DNA from: Chiloscyllium plagiosum
Taxonomy: Eukaryota
Length of the DNA stretch: 64,000 nt
Reading direction: 5' to 3'
Assembly (NCBI RefSeq): GCF_004010195.1
Contig: NC_057718.1
Location: 75,319,300 to 75,383,299 of the forward strand
Below, piece after piece: positions 12,807 through 26,324 of this stretch (position 1 is the first letter of the stretch; each line of letters starts with the position of its first letter). Position numbers and translations under genes: made by a program. Below the pieces are notes generated by a model. It did not search any database and had not been told where the DNA came from. It saw nothing but the letters and a program-made list of their open reading frames with translations.

Positions 12807-12944
12807 ATAGAGTCCAAGGAGATAGGAGAAGCACTAAATGAATATTATTCATCAGTATTCACACTGGAAAAAAAATGTTGTCGAGGAGAATACTGAGATA
12901 GAGGCTACTAGACCATTAGTAGCCTAGGCTACTAGGCTACTAGT

Positions 12945-13240
12945 GGGCAGCACGGTGGCACAGTGGTTAGCACTGCTCCCTCACAGCGCCAGAGAGCTGG
13001 GTTCAATTCCCGCCTCAGGCGACTCTCTGTGTGGAGTTTGCACATTCTCTCCGGGTGCTCTGGTTTCCTCCCACAGTCCAAAGATGTGCAGGTTAGGTGA
13101 ATTGACCACGCTAAATTGCCTGTAGTGTTAGGTGAAGGGGTAAATGTAGGAGAATGGGTCTGAGTGGATTGCGCTTCAGCGGGTTGGTGCAGACTTGTTA
13201 GGCCGAAAGGCCTGTTTCCACATAGTAAGTAATCTAATCT
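12945..13240 (+). mobile_element. SINE (HE1-like)
   Basis: gggcagcacggtggcacagtggttagc head, B box, (TAATC) tail. Confidence 0.95.
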
Positions 13241-15424
13241 AAAAAAAAATCACATGGAATTGAAGTTCACAGGAGAAGAGTTTAGCAATTCTGAAAAGTG
13301 TGAAAATAGAAAAGTCCCCTGGGCCGGATGGGATTTATCCTAGGATTCTCTGGGAAGCCTGGGAGGAGGTTGCAGAGCCTTTGGCTTTGATCTTTATGTC
13401 ACCATTGTCTACAGGAATAGTGCCAGAAGACTGGAAGATAGCAAATGTTAAGGGGAGTCAGGACAACCTTGGTAATTATAGACAATTGTGCCTTACTTCA
13501 GTTGTGGGTAAAGTGTTGGAAAAGGTTATAAAAGATAGGATTTATAATCACCTAGAAATTAATAAGTTGTTTAGAGATAGTCAACACTATTTTGTGATAG
13601 ATAGGTCATGCCTCACAAACGTTATTGAGTTCTTTGAGAAGATGACTAAACAGGTAGATGAGAGTAAAGGGGTTGATGTGGTGCATATGGATTTCAGTAA
13701 GGCGTTTGATAATGTTCCCCATGGTAGGCTATTGCACAAAATATGGAGGCATTAGATTGAGGGTGATTTAGTGGGTTGGATCAAAAGTTGGCTGGCTGAA
13801 AGAAGACAGAGGGTCATGTTTGTTGGGAAATGTTCATCCTGGATTTCAATGACTAGTGGTGTACTGCAAGGATCTGTTTTGGGGCCACTGCTGTTTGTTA
13901 TTTTTATAAATGACCCAGATGAGGGTGTAGAAGGATGGGTTAGTAAAATTTGTGGATGACACTAATGTCGGTGGAGTTGTGGACAGTGCCAAAAGATGTT
14001 GCAGGTTACAGAGGAACATAGATATGCTTAAGCGCTAGGCTGAGAGTTGGCAAATGGAACTTAATGTGGAAAAGTGTGAGGTGATTCACTTTGGAAGAAG
14101 CAACAGGAATGAAGAGTACTGGGCTAATGGTAAGATTCTTCACAGTGTAGATGAGCTGAGCGATCTTGGTGTCCATGTACATAGATCCCTGAAAGTAGCC
14201 ACTCAGGTTGATAGGATTGTTAAGAAGGCATACCGAGTGTTAGCTTTTATTGGAAGAGCGATTGGGTTTCAGAGCCACGAGGTCATGTTGCAGCTGTATA
14301 AAACTCTGGTGCAGTCGCACTTGGAGTACTGCATACAGTTCTGGTCACCACATAATAGGAAGGATGTGGAATCTTTGGAAAGGGTTCAGAGGTGATTTCC
14401 TAGGATGTTGCCTGGTATGGAGGGAAGTTCTTATGAGGAAAGGCTGATAGACTTGAGGCTGTTTTCGTTAGAGAGAAGAAGGTTGAGAGGTGACTTAATT
14501 GAGACATATAAGATAATCAGAGGGTTAGATAGGCTGGACAGGGAGAGCCCTTTTCCTCGGATGGTGATGGCTAGCACGAAGGGACATAGCTTTAAATTGA
14601 GGGGTGACAGATATAGGACAGATTTCAGAGGTAGTTTCTTTACTCAGTGAGTAGTAGGGGCATGGAATGCATTACCTGCAATAGTAGTAGACTCGCCAAC
14701 TTTACGGGCATTTAAAGGGTCATTGGATAAACATTTGGATGAAAATGGAATAGTGTAGAATAGATAGTCTTCAAATTGGTTCCACAGGTTGGCGAAACAT
14801 TGAGGGCCGAAGGGCCTGTACTACGCTGTAATGTTCTATGTTCTACGTTCTATGTCTTAAGAAGAATATCCAAAATGAAAAATTCTTTTTGCAAGGGAAA
14901 TATCGAAGCTGGGCTGCTCATTTTTGTGAATAAAAAGTTCATTTCATGACCCTCAGAGTAAGCAGATACTTTGTGATGCTGAACAAGAGATTTTCTCATA
15001 AGCTTCAAAAAACAGTGTGAGTACAGAATTCGTTCATTGTAAATCAATCCTTGTCACTACTTATTTAACCAGAATGGTTTATTGCAAGGTACATAATGCT
15101 GCCTCAGCCAATCCTCAAATGTCTAATTTAGTACCTATGCACACATTGAATTTAGATTTGTTCAATTGAAAGATAGGTTTCAATCTCTGATCCAAAACAG
15201 AAATTACTGGAAATATTTGATCAGTTTAGCAGCATATCTAGAGAAAGAACAAAGCTCACATTTTAGGTTGACAATCTCTCATTTGAACTCAACTCCATAA
15301 GGAAAACAGTCATGGGGATCATGATGTACAATTGCCTGCTCCCATTTGGAGGGATGCAGGTAGCACATATTGTTGGCAATCTACATTAAATGTACAGCTA
15401 AGTCTCAACAGCAAAAAGGGTTAA

Positions 15425-15640
15425 AATGGCACAGAACATGCTCCAAAGATCTCTGAAACAGTGTTGCAGACATTGGGCAAAAAAATCTGTGAAAGGAGAC
15501 AATTTCTTCATTTACAGAAGTCATTTGGCCCTGCAGACAGATATTGAAAAAGCAATACACTAGATAGCTATCACAGTCAATGTAAGCTGAACAGAGCTGA
15601 AGACCTGGCTACAGAGCTGCAAAAGATTCACAAGCAAGAA
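15425..15640 (+). mobile_element. Possible Harbinger Myb/SANT-like ORF fossil
   Basis: Decayed similarity to IA..VN...RTW.QC.K.F (gatagctatcacagtcaatg...gacctggctacagagctgcaaaagattc). Confidence 0.35.
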
Positions 15641-15687
15641 AAAGGATTCTGGGTAATCCAAGATGGAGGATGGGAAGAATTTCAGGC

Positions 15688-18600
15688 TGTAACAGGCTGC
15701 TCCTTTTTTGAGGTATTTTAGGTGTTAGAGGTCATTTCCTTGAAATCCAGGAGCAGCAATTACTGTTTTATATGCTGTTGCATTGTTTTGGAAATTTGGA
15801 GAGAAAAAAAGTCAAAACACCAGCACTTTTAAAAGGGAGAGGAACAGACAAAGGAAGTATATGGTGAGGTCAGTGCAGGAGAGAGAGAGAGAGAGAAAGA
15901 AACCTGCACTGTTCACTGACACAGCAGTGAACCTGTACAGTTACTGACTTTGCTATTTGAATTCATGTATCGCTGGACATTGGAGCATTTCTGGGAAAAT
16001 TAACAAACAGTGAAATTCACAACTAAATTTGGAGGAACCTGTTTGGGAGAGGTCAAAGCACAGAAACAAATAAGTGAATATTTTAAGTGTGGCCTTACAG
16101 TAAGTCTGCAGTAGTGAGTAGAGTGGGTTCTTTCTTGATGACATGTTATATTGAGATAGACCTCTTGATTAAACCTAAAAATTTAAGCCTTAAGTATTAA
16201 TTTAACGTGGAGCAGTATTTTGTAGATGAATAAGACAGTGCTATTTTCTAGGTCTGTAGATCAAAAGAAGCAAAAATGGCCTTTAGTAGAGTGATATGCC
16301 CTTCTTGTCAGATGTGGGAATTTAGGGAGAGTTTATGTGTTACTGAGGATTATAACTGCAATAAATGCCATTGGTGGCAAATTCTATCATATTGAATGGA
16401 TCAGTTGGAGAGACAGTTAGAGGCAATGAGGAATTTACAAGAGCAAGGGGATCTGATGGATGGCAGTTATAGGAAGGGAGAAAAGTCACAAATATAGTCA
16501 CATAGATGGATTAACTGCAGGAAAGGTAAATGAGGCAGGTAAGTAGTGCAGGAGTGTTCTGTGGCTATCCCCATTTCAAACAGGTATGCTGTTTTGGAAA
16601 ATGTAGGGGTGATGGATTCTCAGGAGAATGTAGCACAAACAGCCAAGTTTGTGTTATTGAGACGGGCTCTAATGCAATTAAGGATGCGTCGGGGTTCCAA
16701 GGGATTAATTGTGTTAGGGAACTCTCTAGTCCAAGGTACAGACAGGTGTTTCTGTGGCCAGCAGTGAAAAATCAGAATGGTGTGTTGCTTCCCTGATGCC
16801 AGGATCAAGGATATCTCAGAGAGGGTGCAGAATGTTCTCAAGGAGGGGAAGGGGCCAGCGGGAGGTCATTGTACACATTGGAACCAATGACATAGGAAGG
16901 GAAAAAGGTTGAGATTCTGAAGGGAGATTATAGAGAGTTAGGCAGAAATTTAAAAAGGAGGTCCTCAAGAGAAGTAATATCTGGATTATTCCTGATGCTA
17001 AGAGCTAGTGACGGCAGGAATAAGAGGATAGAGCAGATGAATGCATGGCTGAGGAACTGGTGCAAGGGAGAAGGGCTCACGTTTTTGGATCATTAATGGA
17101 TCGTGTCCGTTTCGAGTTTTAAAGGTCACTCGTCGACAGAATGACAACCCCTATCCAGCTAACCGTGGCCAGATGGTCTAAAGTGGGGACAGTTTAAAAA
17201 AAAAATAAACACTAAGGGAATCTTTGTGAAGCAGGACGAAGGGTGGATTGCACCTAAATTGGAAGGGGACTAATATACTGACAAGGAGATTTGCTAGAGC
17301 TGCTTGGAAGGTGGGGGCGGGGAGCTCAGGGAGATAGTGAGGAAAGAGATCAATCTGAGACTGGTATAGTTGAGAACAGAAGCAAGTCAAACAGTCAGGG
17401 ATAAAGCTGAGAACAAAGTCGGGCTGATAAATCAAACTGCATTTATTTCAATGCAAGGGAAAAACAGGGAAGGCAGATGAACTCAGGGCATGGTTGGGAA
17501 CATGGGACTGGGATATCATAGCAATGACAGAAACATGGCTCGTGGATGGGCAGGACTGGCAGCTTAATGTTCCAGGATACAAATGCTACAGGAAGGAATG
17601 AAAGGGAGGCAAGAGAGGAGGGGGAGTGGCATTTTTGATAAGGGATAGCATTACATCTGTGCTAAGGGAGGATATTCCAGGAAATACATTGTAGGAAGTT
17701 ATTTGGGTGGAACTGAGAAATAACAAAGGGATGATCATCTCATTGGGATTGTATTATAGAGCCCCTAATAGTCAGTCAGAGGGAAATTGAGAAACAAGTT
17801 TGTTATCTGTAAGAATAATAGGGTGGTTATGGTAGGGGATTTTAACTTTCCAAACATAGACTGGGACTCCCATAGTGCTAAGGGTTTAGATGGAGAGGAA
17901 TTTGTTAAGAGTGTACAAGAAAATTTTCTGATTCAGTATGTGGATGTACCGACTAGAGAAGGTGACAAACTTGGGAAATAAGGCAGGGCAGGTGACTGGG
18001 GTGTCAGTGGGGGAGCACTTTGGGGCTAGTGATGATAATGCTATTAGTTTTAAACTAGTGATGGAAAAAGATAGATCAGATCAAAAAGTTGAAATTTTAA
18101 ATTGGAGGAAGGCCAATTTTAATGGCATTAGGCAAGAACTTTCAAAGGCTGACTGGGGGCAGATGTTCGCAGGTAAAGGGACGGCTGGAAAATGGGAAGC
18201 TTTCAGGAATGAGATAACGAGAGTCCAGAGAAAGTATATTCTTGTTAGGGTGAAAGGAAAGGCTGGTAGGTATAGGGAATCTTGGATGACTAAAGAAATT
18301 GAGTGTTTGGTTAAGAAAAAGAAGGAGGCATATGCCAGGTATAGACAGGAAGAATTGAGTGAATCCATAGAAGAGTATAAAGGCAGTAGGAGTATACTTA
18401 AGAGGGAAATCAGGAGGGCAAAAAGGGGACATGAGATAGCTTTGGCAAATAGAGTTAAGGAGAATCCAAAGGGTTTTTATAAATATATTAAGGACAAAAG
18501 GGTAACTAGGGAGAGAATAGGGCTTCTCAAAGATCAGCAAGGCAGTCTTTGTGGGAGCCCCGGAGATGGGGGAGATACTAAATGAGTATTTTGCATCAGC

Positions 18601-20125
18601 ATTTACTGTGGAAAATGACATAGAAGATATAGAATGTAGGGAAATAAATGGTGACATCTTGAAAAATGTCCATATTGCAGAGGAGGAAGTGCTGGATGTC
18701 TTAAAACGCAAAGAAGTTGATAAATTCCCAGGACCTGATCAGGTGTACCGTAGAATTCTGTGGGAAGCTAGAGAAGTGATTGCCGGGCCTCTGACTGAGA
18801 TATTTGTATCATTGATAGTCATAGGTGAAGTGCCGTAAGACTGGAGGTTGGCAAATGTGGGGTGCCACTGTTTAAGAAAGGTGATAAGGATAAGCCAGGG
18901 AACTATAGACCAGTGAGCCTGACATTCGTAGTGGGCAAGTTGTTGGAAGGAATCCTGTCCCTTAGGATTCCCATGTATTTGGAAAGGCAAAGACTGATTA
19001 GGGCTAGTCAACATGAGTTTGTGCGTGGGAAATCATGTCTCACAAACTTGATTGAGTTTTTTTGAAGAAGTAATAAAAAGGATTGATGAGGGCAAAGTGG
19101 TAGATGTGATCTATATGGACTTCAGTAAGGTGTTTGACAAGGTTCCCCATGGGACACTGATTAGCAAGGTTAGATCTCATGGAATACAGGAAGAACTCGT
19201 CATTTGGATACAGAACTGGCTCAAAGGTAGAATACAAGAGGGTGGTGGTGGAGGGTTGTTTTTCAGACTGGAGGCCTGTGACCAGTGGAGTGCCGCAAGG
19301 TTCAGTGCTGGGTCCTCTACTTTTCATCATTTATATAAATGATTTGGATGTGAGCATAAGAGGTAGGGAGTGTTGCTGAACAAACAGACCTTGCAGTGCA
19401 GGTTCATAGCTCCTTGAAAGTGAAGTTGCAGGTAGATAGGATAGTGAAGAAGGCGTTTGGCTTTTCTTTATTCGTCAGAGTATTGAGTACAGGAGTTGGG
19501 AGGTCATGTTGCAGCAGTTAGGCCACTTTTGGAAGATTGTGTGCAATTCTGGTCTCCTTCCTATCGGAAAGATTTTGTGAAACTTGAAAGGGTTCAGAAA
19601 AGATTTAGACAATAGGTGCAGGAGTAGGCCATTTTGCCCTTCGAGCCTGAAGGATGTTGCCAAGGTTGGAGGATTTGAGCTATAGGGAGAGGTTGACTAG
19701 GCTGGGGCTGTTTTCCCTGGAGTGTTGGAAGCTAAGGGGTGACCCTCTCGAGGTTTATAACATCACGAGGGACATAGATAGGGTAAATAGACAAAGTCTT
19801 TTCTCTGGGATGGGGGAGTCCAGAACTAGAAGGCATAGGTTTAGGGCGAGAGGGGAAAGATATAAAAGAGACCTAAGGGGCAACATTTTAACATAGAGGG
19901 TGGCACATGTATAGAATGAGCTGCCAGAGGAAGTGGTGGAAGGTCGTACAATTGCAACATTTAAAACACATCTGGATCGGTATATGAATAGGAAGGGTTT
20001 GGAGGGATAAGGCCCAGGTGCTGACAGGTGGGACTAGATTGGGCTGGGATATCTGGTCGGCATGGACATGTTGGACAGAAAGGTCTGGTTCTGTGTTGTA
20101 CATCTCTATGACTCTGTGACTCTAT
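15688..20125 (+). mobile_element. Near full-length CR1 LINE, inactivated (putative 5' UTR, ORF1, ORF2, 3' tail)
   Basis: ORF1 from ATG 16276 (MAFSRVICPSCQMWE zinc-finger-like start; esterase-like IVLGNSLVQGTDR). ORF2 from about 17434 (CIYFNAR, TETWL, MVGDFNFP, RT). Tail ctatgactctgtgactctat. The 5' boundary is uncertain. Confidence 0.9.
15878..15900 (+). repeat. (GA)n microsatellite
   Basis: Direct reading. Confidence 0.9.
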
Positions 20126-20359
20126 CACAGATCATTTTCATGTTCCTTACATTCTTACAGCATGAGGTTACTGTGAAGGACGCTCCTTCTCAACCTCTCC
20201 CTTCACCTGAGGCATGGTAACTCTTTGGTTAAACGAACACCAGTCATCTCTTCCTGATGAGAAAGCAGCCCTATAGTCCATTTGCACTATGGCGACTTGT
20301 TTCCTTATAACATAAATGGGCCAATAACAGGGTGAAAAAGAAGAAAAAGCTCTAGAGAC

Positions 20360-20455
20360 AAAATGAAGTTTGCTGCAAAAGCTCAGCAGGTCTGGCAATA
20401 CCTAAGGAGAGAAATCAGGGTTAATATTTCAGGTCTACTGACCCTTCCTCAGAAA
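20360..20455 (-). mobile_element. Short PLE terminal fragment
   Basis: aaagctcagcaggtctggca...gacccttcctcagaa, same family as 21657-21790 and 23802-23900. Confidence 0.7.
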
Positions 20456-21264
20456 AATCTCTACTCTAATTTCCTCCTAAAGCCTACCCATTGTGATTTT
20501 CAACTGTCTCTTGAGTTAAGGGTCAGTCCTTCCATTTGAAGCAAACAGGAGCCTCATGATGTTTTGTATTTGAAGGTCTTATCTGGACAGTGTTGTCACT
20601 CATATTGGGCTAGTTGAAAGGAGTTTAGATAAATTCCATCATAACTGTTATACAAGTGTGAGTTGATAATGATGAATCAGATCTAATTTGCAGCTGATTT
20701 ATATTCTTAATTATAATTATAACAAATCTCCGTTCCATTATTAGCAGAAATTTAAGATGCATAATAATGAAAAAATTACATGAGCATCTTTGTACTAAAT
20801 GAAAGGAAATTAATGATGCTGAACATTTGCTTTTTGACTGTCCACCATTAGCTTGGTAATTGATGTCCTTTTGTAAATAGTTTCATTGCAAGCTTGTTTT
20901 CGTGTTTAACAGTTCCATTTTCTGTGATGCTGAAGAAAGTCTCCATGTCTGCACAACTAATCTATAATTGAGATTTGTATTTTGTAGTTACGATTGTCAT
21001 TAATTTTTTTTAACACATCTAAAGAAATTGAATAGAAGTTTATTGAGAAAGTGCAGATTCCATGAAAGCTTCTGAAATAGACTCTTCTTGCAAGTCTTTG
21101 CAAACTGAACCAATGTTGTGGAATTCTATTCCTATCAGCACTGTAGGCATCTTTACACCCCAAAGATTGGAACAATTAAAGAAGAAATCTCACTGTCATC
21201 TTCTCCAGCACAGTTGTGGGTAGGCAGTCTCTGCTGCAGTACTTGCATCCTCTTGCTATGAAGG

Positions 21265-21928
21265 CCTATATTTCATTTGTCTTCTTTACTGCCTGTCAGG
21301 CATCCAGGTCTTGTTGCACCTCCCCTTTTCCCAAGCTAGTGTCATTTGGATAATTATCTGCCTTCTTGATTTTGCTACCAGAGTGACTAACTTCATATTC
21401 ATCCAGTCTATACTTCACTTGCCATGTATTTTCCCACTCATTTGCTCAAATTGTGCCAATCACACCGAAGCATCTTTGCAGTTTTTTCACAGTTCATCGT
21501 CCCGTACAGCTTTATATTGCTTACAAAATTGAAGATATAACATTTAGTTCCCCCATCTAAATTATTAGTATACATTGTCAATAGCTGGGGTCCAAGCATT
21601 GATCTCTGCAGTACATACTGAGCCTCTTGCTCAGAATAGACTAATTTATCCCTACAGTAAAACAAAAAACTGCTGCGTTGGAAATCTAAAACAAAAACAG
21701 AAATAGCTAGACAAACGCAGCAGGTCTGGCACAATCTTTGAGTAGAAAGTAGAGTTAATATTTCAAGTTCAGTGACCCTTCTTCAGAACAAAGCACTATT
21801 TATTCCTAATCTTTGTTTCCTGTCTGACAATCAGTTGTCTATCCATGTCAGTGTACTACTGCCAATCCCATTTGTTTTCATTTTACATGCTAATGTCATA
21901 TGTGGGACCTTATCAAAAGCCTTCCATT
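21265..21928 (-). mobile_element. Decayed CR1 RT fragment with an embedded PLE terminal fragment (about 21657-21790)
   Basis: Minus-strand translations MLGPQLLTMYTNNLDGG and KAFDKVPH. Confidence 0.75.
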
Positions 21929-22085
21929 GACCTGACAATTGCCTCCCAACCCTTAAAGAGGACAGCACCCTTATCCTCACAGGAGAAGATGGGATTCCTG
22001 CAGCTGGAATGCTGAAACAGCGCTGTCCTGCCAAACAAGTATTCTTCATTCCACTGCATGTCTCCCAATAAACCGCAGTCATTGG

Positions 22086-22941
22086 GTCATAGAGTCATAC
22101 AGCACGGAAACAGACCCTTCAGTCCAACTGCATCGATCAGATATCTCAATCCAACCTAGTCCCATTTATCAGCACTTGGCCCATATCCCTCTAAACCCTT
22201 TTTCGTATATCTATCCAGATTTCTTTTCAATGTTGTAATTATACCTGCCTCCACCACTTTTTCTGGCAGCTCATTCCATATCTGCACTATCCTCTGTGTG
22301 AAAAAAAAAAGACTCCTCAGGTCTTTTACAATCTTTCTCCTCTCACCTTGAGCCTCTGCTCTCTAGTTTTGGACTCACATACCCTAGGAAAAAGACCTCA
22401 GCTATTCACTCTATCCATACCCTTTATGATTTTATTAACTTCTATAAGGTCATCACTCAGCCTCTGATGCTCTGGGGAAGAAGTTCCTGTCTATTCAGCC
22501 TCTCCTTATAACTCAAGCACAGCAAGATCCTTGTAAATCTTTCTGCACCTTTTCAAGTTTAACAACAAGTGCTCCGGTTTCCTCCCACAGTCACAAAGAT
22601 GTGCAGGTCAGGTGAATTGGCCATACTAAATTGCCCGTAGTGTTAGGTCCATACTAAATTGCCCGTAGTGTTAGGTTAAAGGGGTAAATGTAGGGGTATG
22701 GGTGGGTTGCGCTTCGGCGGGTCGGTGTGGACTTGTTGGGCCGAAGGTCCTGTTTCCACACTGTAAGTAATCTAATCTAATCTAATCTAAAAACATCTCT
22801 ACTCTCGCAGGGAGATGATAATTGAACGCACATTTCCAAAAGTAGCTTTACCAATGTTCTGTACAGCCTGAACATAACAACCTAACTCCTAGACTCAGTG
22901 TTCTGATTAATGAACCAAACGTCTTCTTCACCATCCTGTCA
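22086..22941 (-). mobile_element. CR1 3' fragment interrupted by a SINE
   Basis: Reverse complement of the CR1 3' UTR (gtcatagagtcatacagcacggaaacagaccc). Confidence 0.9.
22569..22790 (+). mobile_element. 5'-truncated SINE with an internal 28-bp tandem duplication
   Basis: ccatactaaattgcccgtagtgttaggt twice (22621-22676); (TAATC)4 tail. Confidence 0.95.
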
Positions 22942-23248
22942 ATGTCAATATCATTCATTGCAATTGACTTATGGTCATTGGTCATGGGACGCTTTTTTCT
23001 CTTTTATCTTACAGGTACCACCATCATAAGCACCACCTCCGCAATGAAACTGTCGGCTCTCCAGCAGCCATCTCCTGGATGTTTAAGGAGAAAGTACCAA
23101 GGCCTCAAAGGAAACATTGGTAAGGCTGCCTCCTGCATCCCACCATTCCAGATACTGACACCATGGGGGAACCAAAGGGATAGAGAGTGTGGGAGCTATG
23201 ATAACTCCACACGTGGTCAAAGAAGGAACGTCCCCAGTCACTGGCTTG

Positions 23249-24575
23249 GAACATAGGACAGTACTGTACAGGAACAGGCCCTTCGGCCCACTATATCTAT
23301 ACCAACCATGATACCATTCTGGACTAATCCCATTTGCCGGCACAATGGTCTGTCCCCTTTTATTCCCTACATATTTGTGTCTGTCTATAAGCATCTTAAA
23401 TGTTGCTAACATGTCTGCTTCCACTACCTCCTCTCACAATGTGTTCCAGGCACCTACGACAGTCTACATAATAAATTTGCTTTGCACGCCTCCTTTAAAC
23501 TTATCCCCACATATTTAAATCAATGCCCCCAAGTATTTCCATGCTGGTAAAAAGACTCTGACTATCTGCCCTATCTAAGCTTCTCATAATTTTATATAGT
23601 TCTATCACCCTTAAGTCTTCAACTCCCTTGTGAAAACAATCCAAATTTGTTCAACCTCAACTTAGGTCAAATACTCCAATCCAGGCAACAGGAATGTAAA
23701 TCTCTTTTGCGTCCTCTCCAAAGCTCCCACATCCTATTTATAGTGTAAAGACCAGAACTGCATGCAATACTCAAAATGTAGCCTAACTAAAGTTTTATAC
23801 AAAAGCAGAAGTTGCTGGAAAAACTCAGCAAGTCTGCTAGCATCTGTGCAGAGAAATCAACAGTAACATTACGAATCTAGTGACCCTTCCTCAGAAGTGA
23901 AACTAAACTTTTATACAGCTGCAACATGACTCACCAACATTTACACTCAATGACCTGATCAATGAAGGCAAGTATGTCATATGCCTTCTTTGCCACCTTT
24001 TCAATTGACACTTTCAGGGAACTCTGCACTTACACCTAAGATCACTGTGCACATCAGTGCTCCTAAGGGTCCTGCCATTTATTTATGCTTTCATCCTGTA
24101 TTTGACCTCCCAAAATACATCACCTCACACTTGCCTGGATTACACTCCATCTGCCATTTATCCACCCAGGTGGTCTTTATCCTGCGGTACCCTTTGACAA
24201 CCTCCTTCTCTATCCACAACTCCACCAGTTTTCATGTTATCTGTAAATTTAATCAGACCACCTACATTTTCATCCAAATCATTGATATGCATTACAAATA
24301 ACAGAAGTCCTAGCACTGACCCTTGTGGAACATCACTGGTCACACACCTCCAGTCAGAAAAATACTCCTCCACAAGTACTCTCTGTATTTTATGACCAAA
24401 TCAATTTTATATTCAACTTACCAACTCACTGTGGCTCCATTTTGAATTAACATTCTGGTCCAGTTTTCTTTGAGGGACCTTGTCAAATGCTTTAGTAAGG
24501 TCCACGTAGATGACATCCACTGCCCTACCCTCATCTACCAACTTCATCACTTCCTCAAAAAATTTAATGAAATTT
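23249..24575 (-). mobile_element. CR1 RT/3' fragment
   Basis: ORF 24158-24373 ([20 protein letters not shown]). 3' tail near 23250. Confidence 0.9.
23802..23900 (-). mobile_element. PLE terminal fragment inserted in CR1
   Basis: 17-bp TSD aactaaa(g/c)ttttataca at 23785-23801 and 23901-23917. Confidence 0.8.
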
Positions 24576-26324
24576 GTCAGGCACTCGGAGGACTGTAGAG
24601 ACAGACATTTGCTCAGCCCCAGGCAGGAGAGGCCCCTGTGGTATCAGGGACTATGTGATAATTAGGTACTTTGGCCATATCCACATGAAGGAGGAGGAGT
24701 GGCAGGCAAATATCTGGGATGCAATATCTCTAGAAGCTGCAGCAGTACAGTGAGACATGCAACCATCTGGCTGCCTCCAACTACAAGTTGGCAGCTGCCA
24801 TGGAGAACATGGTTCAGACCTTCAGGTTCTGCTGAAGAGACTCACACATCTGCACTTCACACCTCAGGCACTGGTCCTCAGGACTGAAGACATCACAATG
24901 GGATAATAGGGAATTGGATAGTTACTCCTGGTGCCCCTCCTCACAAAGAAACAAGGATACAGCAGGCACCTAGCTGGAAGTGAAACCATACATTGGGCCC
25001 CTCAGAAATCTCCACTCCAGATACTGAGCAGGTAGCTTGGCCTTCCATCTCCATCTTACCGACCCTTCCTCTGGCCCTTGGAAGTTCTCACAGAGGAAGG
25101 TTAATTTGCCTCCAGCAAGAAAAAAGACTCTCAGCACATGTGGCCTGTCCATCCACAAGTGTTCCTCACCCCCACCTCCAGGTTATCTGATCAAACCTAC
25201 AGGATCCACTGCTGAACAGGGTCCCTCCACCCCTGCTATGGAACTAGGGATTATGCTGGGGACATAATGATTCGAATAGGAAGTAAAACTCCTGCTGAGG
25301 GCACTGTGGCGGCATGAGTGATAGTGGCTTGTAAATGAATCTGAAGTTTGTGTAAATATTTGTGCTTTAACTGTATATCCGGCAGTTAGACCGTCTGTGT
25401 ATGCCTGAATTGCATTGTTATAGCACCCAGTATCACTTCATGGGCACGGACAATGTTGTATAGATGGTCTGATTTGTGTTGAGAGCCTGCTGCATCATGT
25501 GGAGGCAGTATGAACAATGTGTAAACATGGCATTGGCTCATATTGACATCTTTTGCCCTCCTTGTGCAACCTCTTTATTGGTTCATCGCCTCTGTGCCCA
25601 GGGATTTAGCTGTCAATGAGTTTTTAGCCCAGTTTGAGACAGGAAAATGGAACACACACGTGGAGCCAATGTATTAGGATGGCCAGGGAATATTCAGCTC
25701 TGTACCCTGTAAAATGCATGGATTTGCCTACAATGTTCTTTCTATTTTGAAGCCCTAATATCAGTGAGTGCCACAACCCTGTCCCTTAAAGATCAGATCA
25801 TTTATGTCACCCACTCCAAAAGTGGGTGTAGCCACATTCTTCCCTTTATTTATTCACTCACAGTCATGTCGGTGTCACTGGCTGGGCCAGCATTTACTGG
25901 GCATCACTGATTGTCTGTATGAATGTGATGATGAGCTGTGTTCTTGAACCATTGCAGTCCATTTAGCATTTGAAGACCCACAATGCCATGAGGGTAGCAG
26001 TTCCAGAACTTTAATCCATTGCACACTTCCAGCAAGGTGAAAGATATCAGTGAGCTCTCCTCAGTCTCTGCCTGAATATGTTGATGACAGCCCAAACACC
26101 CAAATCCCCTTCCTGGTAGTGCATCCCATAGATCCCACAGGCTTCACACATACTCAAGTTCCCAACCAACCCATAGACATATACCTATACCTCCTATGTT
26201 CCCCATCCAGACCCTTGTATACGAGGTGACCATCCCAGTATCTTTATTCACTTTACACCTCTCCTTCAAGCAAGAAAATGCTTCCACAGCTCCTGTGTTA
26301 ACCCCCTCCCAGCTATGCATTATT

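Larger units (their letters stand above)
11755..14855 (+). mobile_element. 5'-truncated CR1 (endonuclease end, RT, 3' UTR) carrying three nested insertions
   Basis: LDLVLGNEPG..GDSDHN, KSPGPDGIYPRIL, DFSKAFD, QGSVLGP. Multiple stops. (ATGTTCT)n tail. Confidence 0.95.

Noticed and set aside
20250..20300. ctgatgagaaag as a hammerhead
   Set aside because: No stem II between the core segments; more likely the 3' end of a LINE-related repeat.
24600..25700. Possible further Harbinger fossils (also 36000-37400, 38200-38960)
   Set aside because: Composition is suggestive, but no motif was clear enough to support a call.
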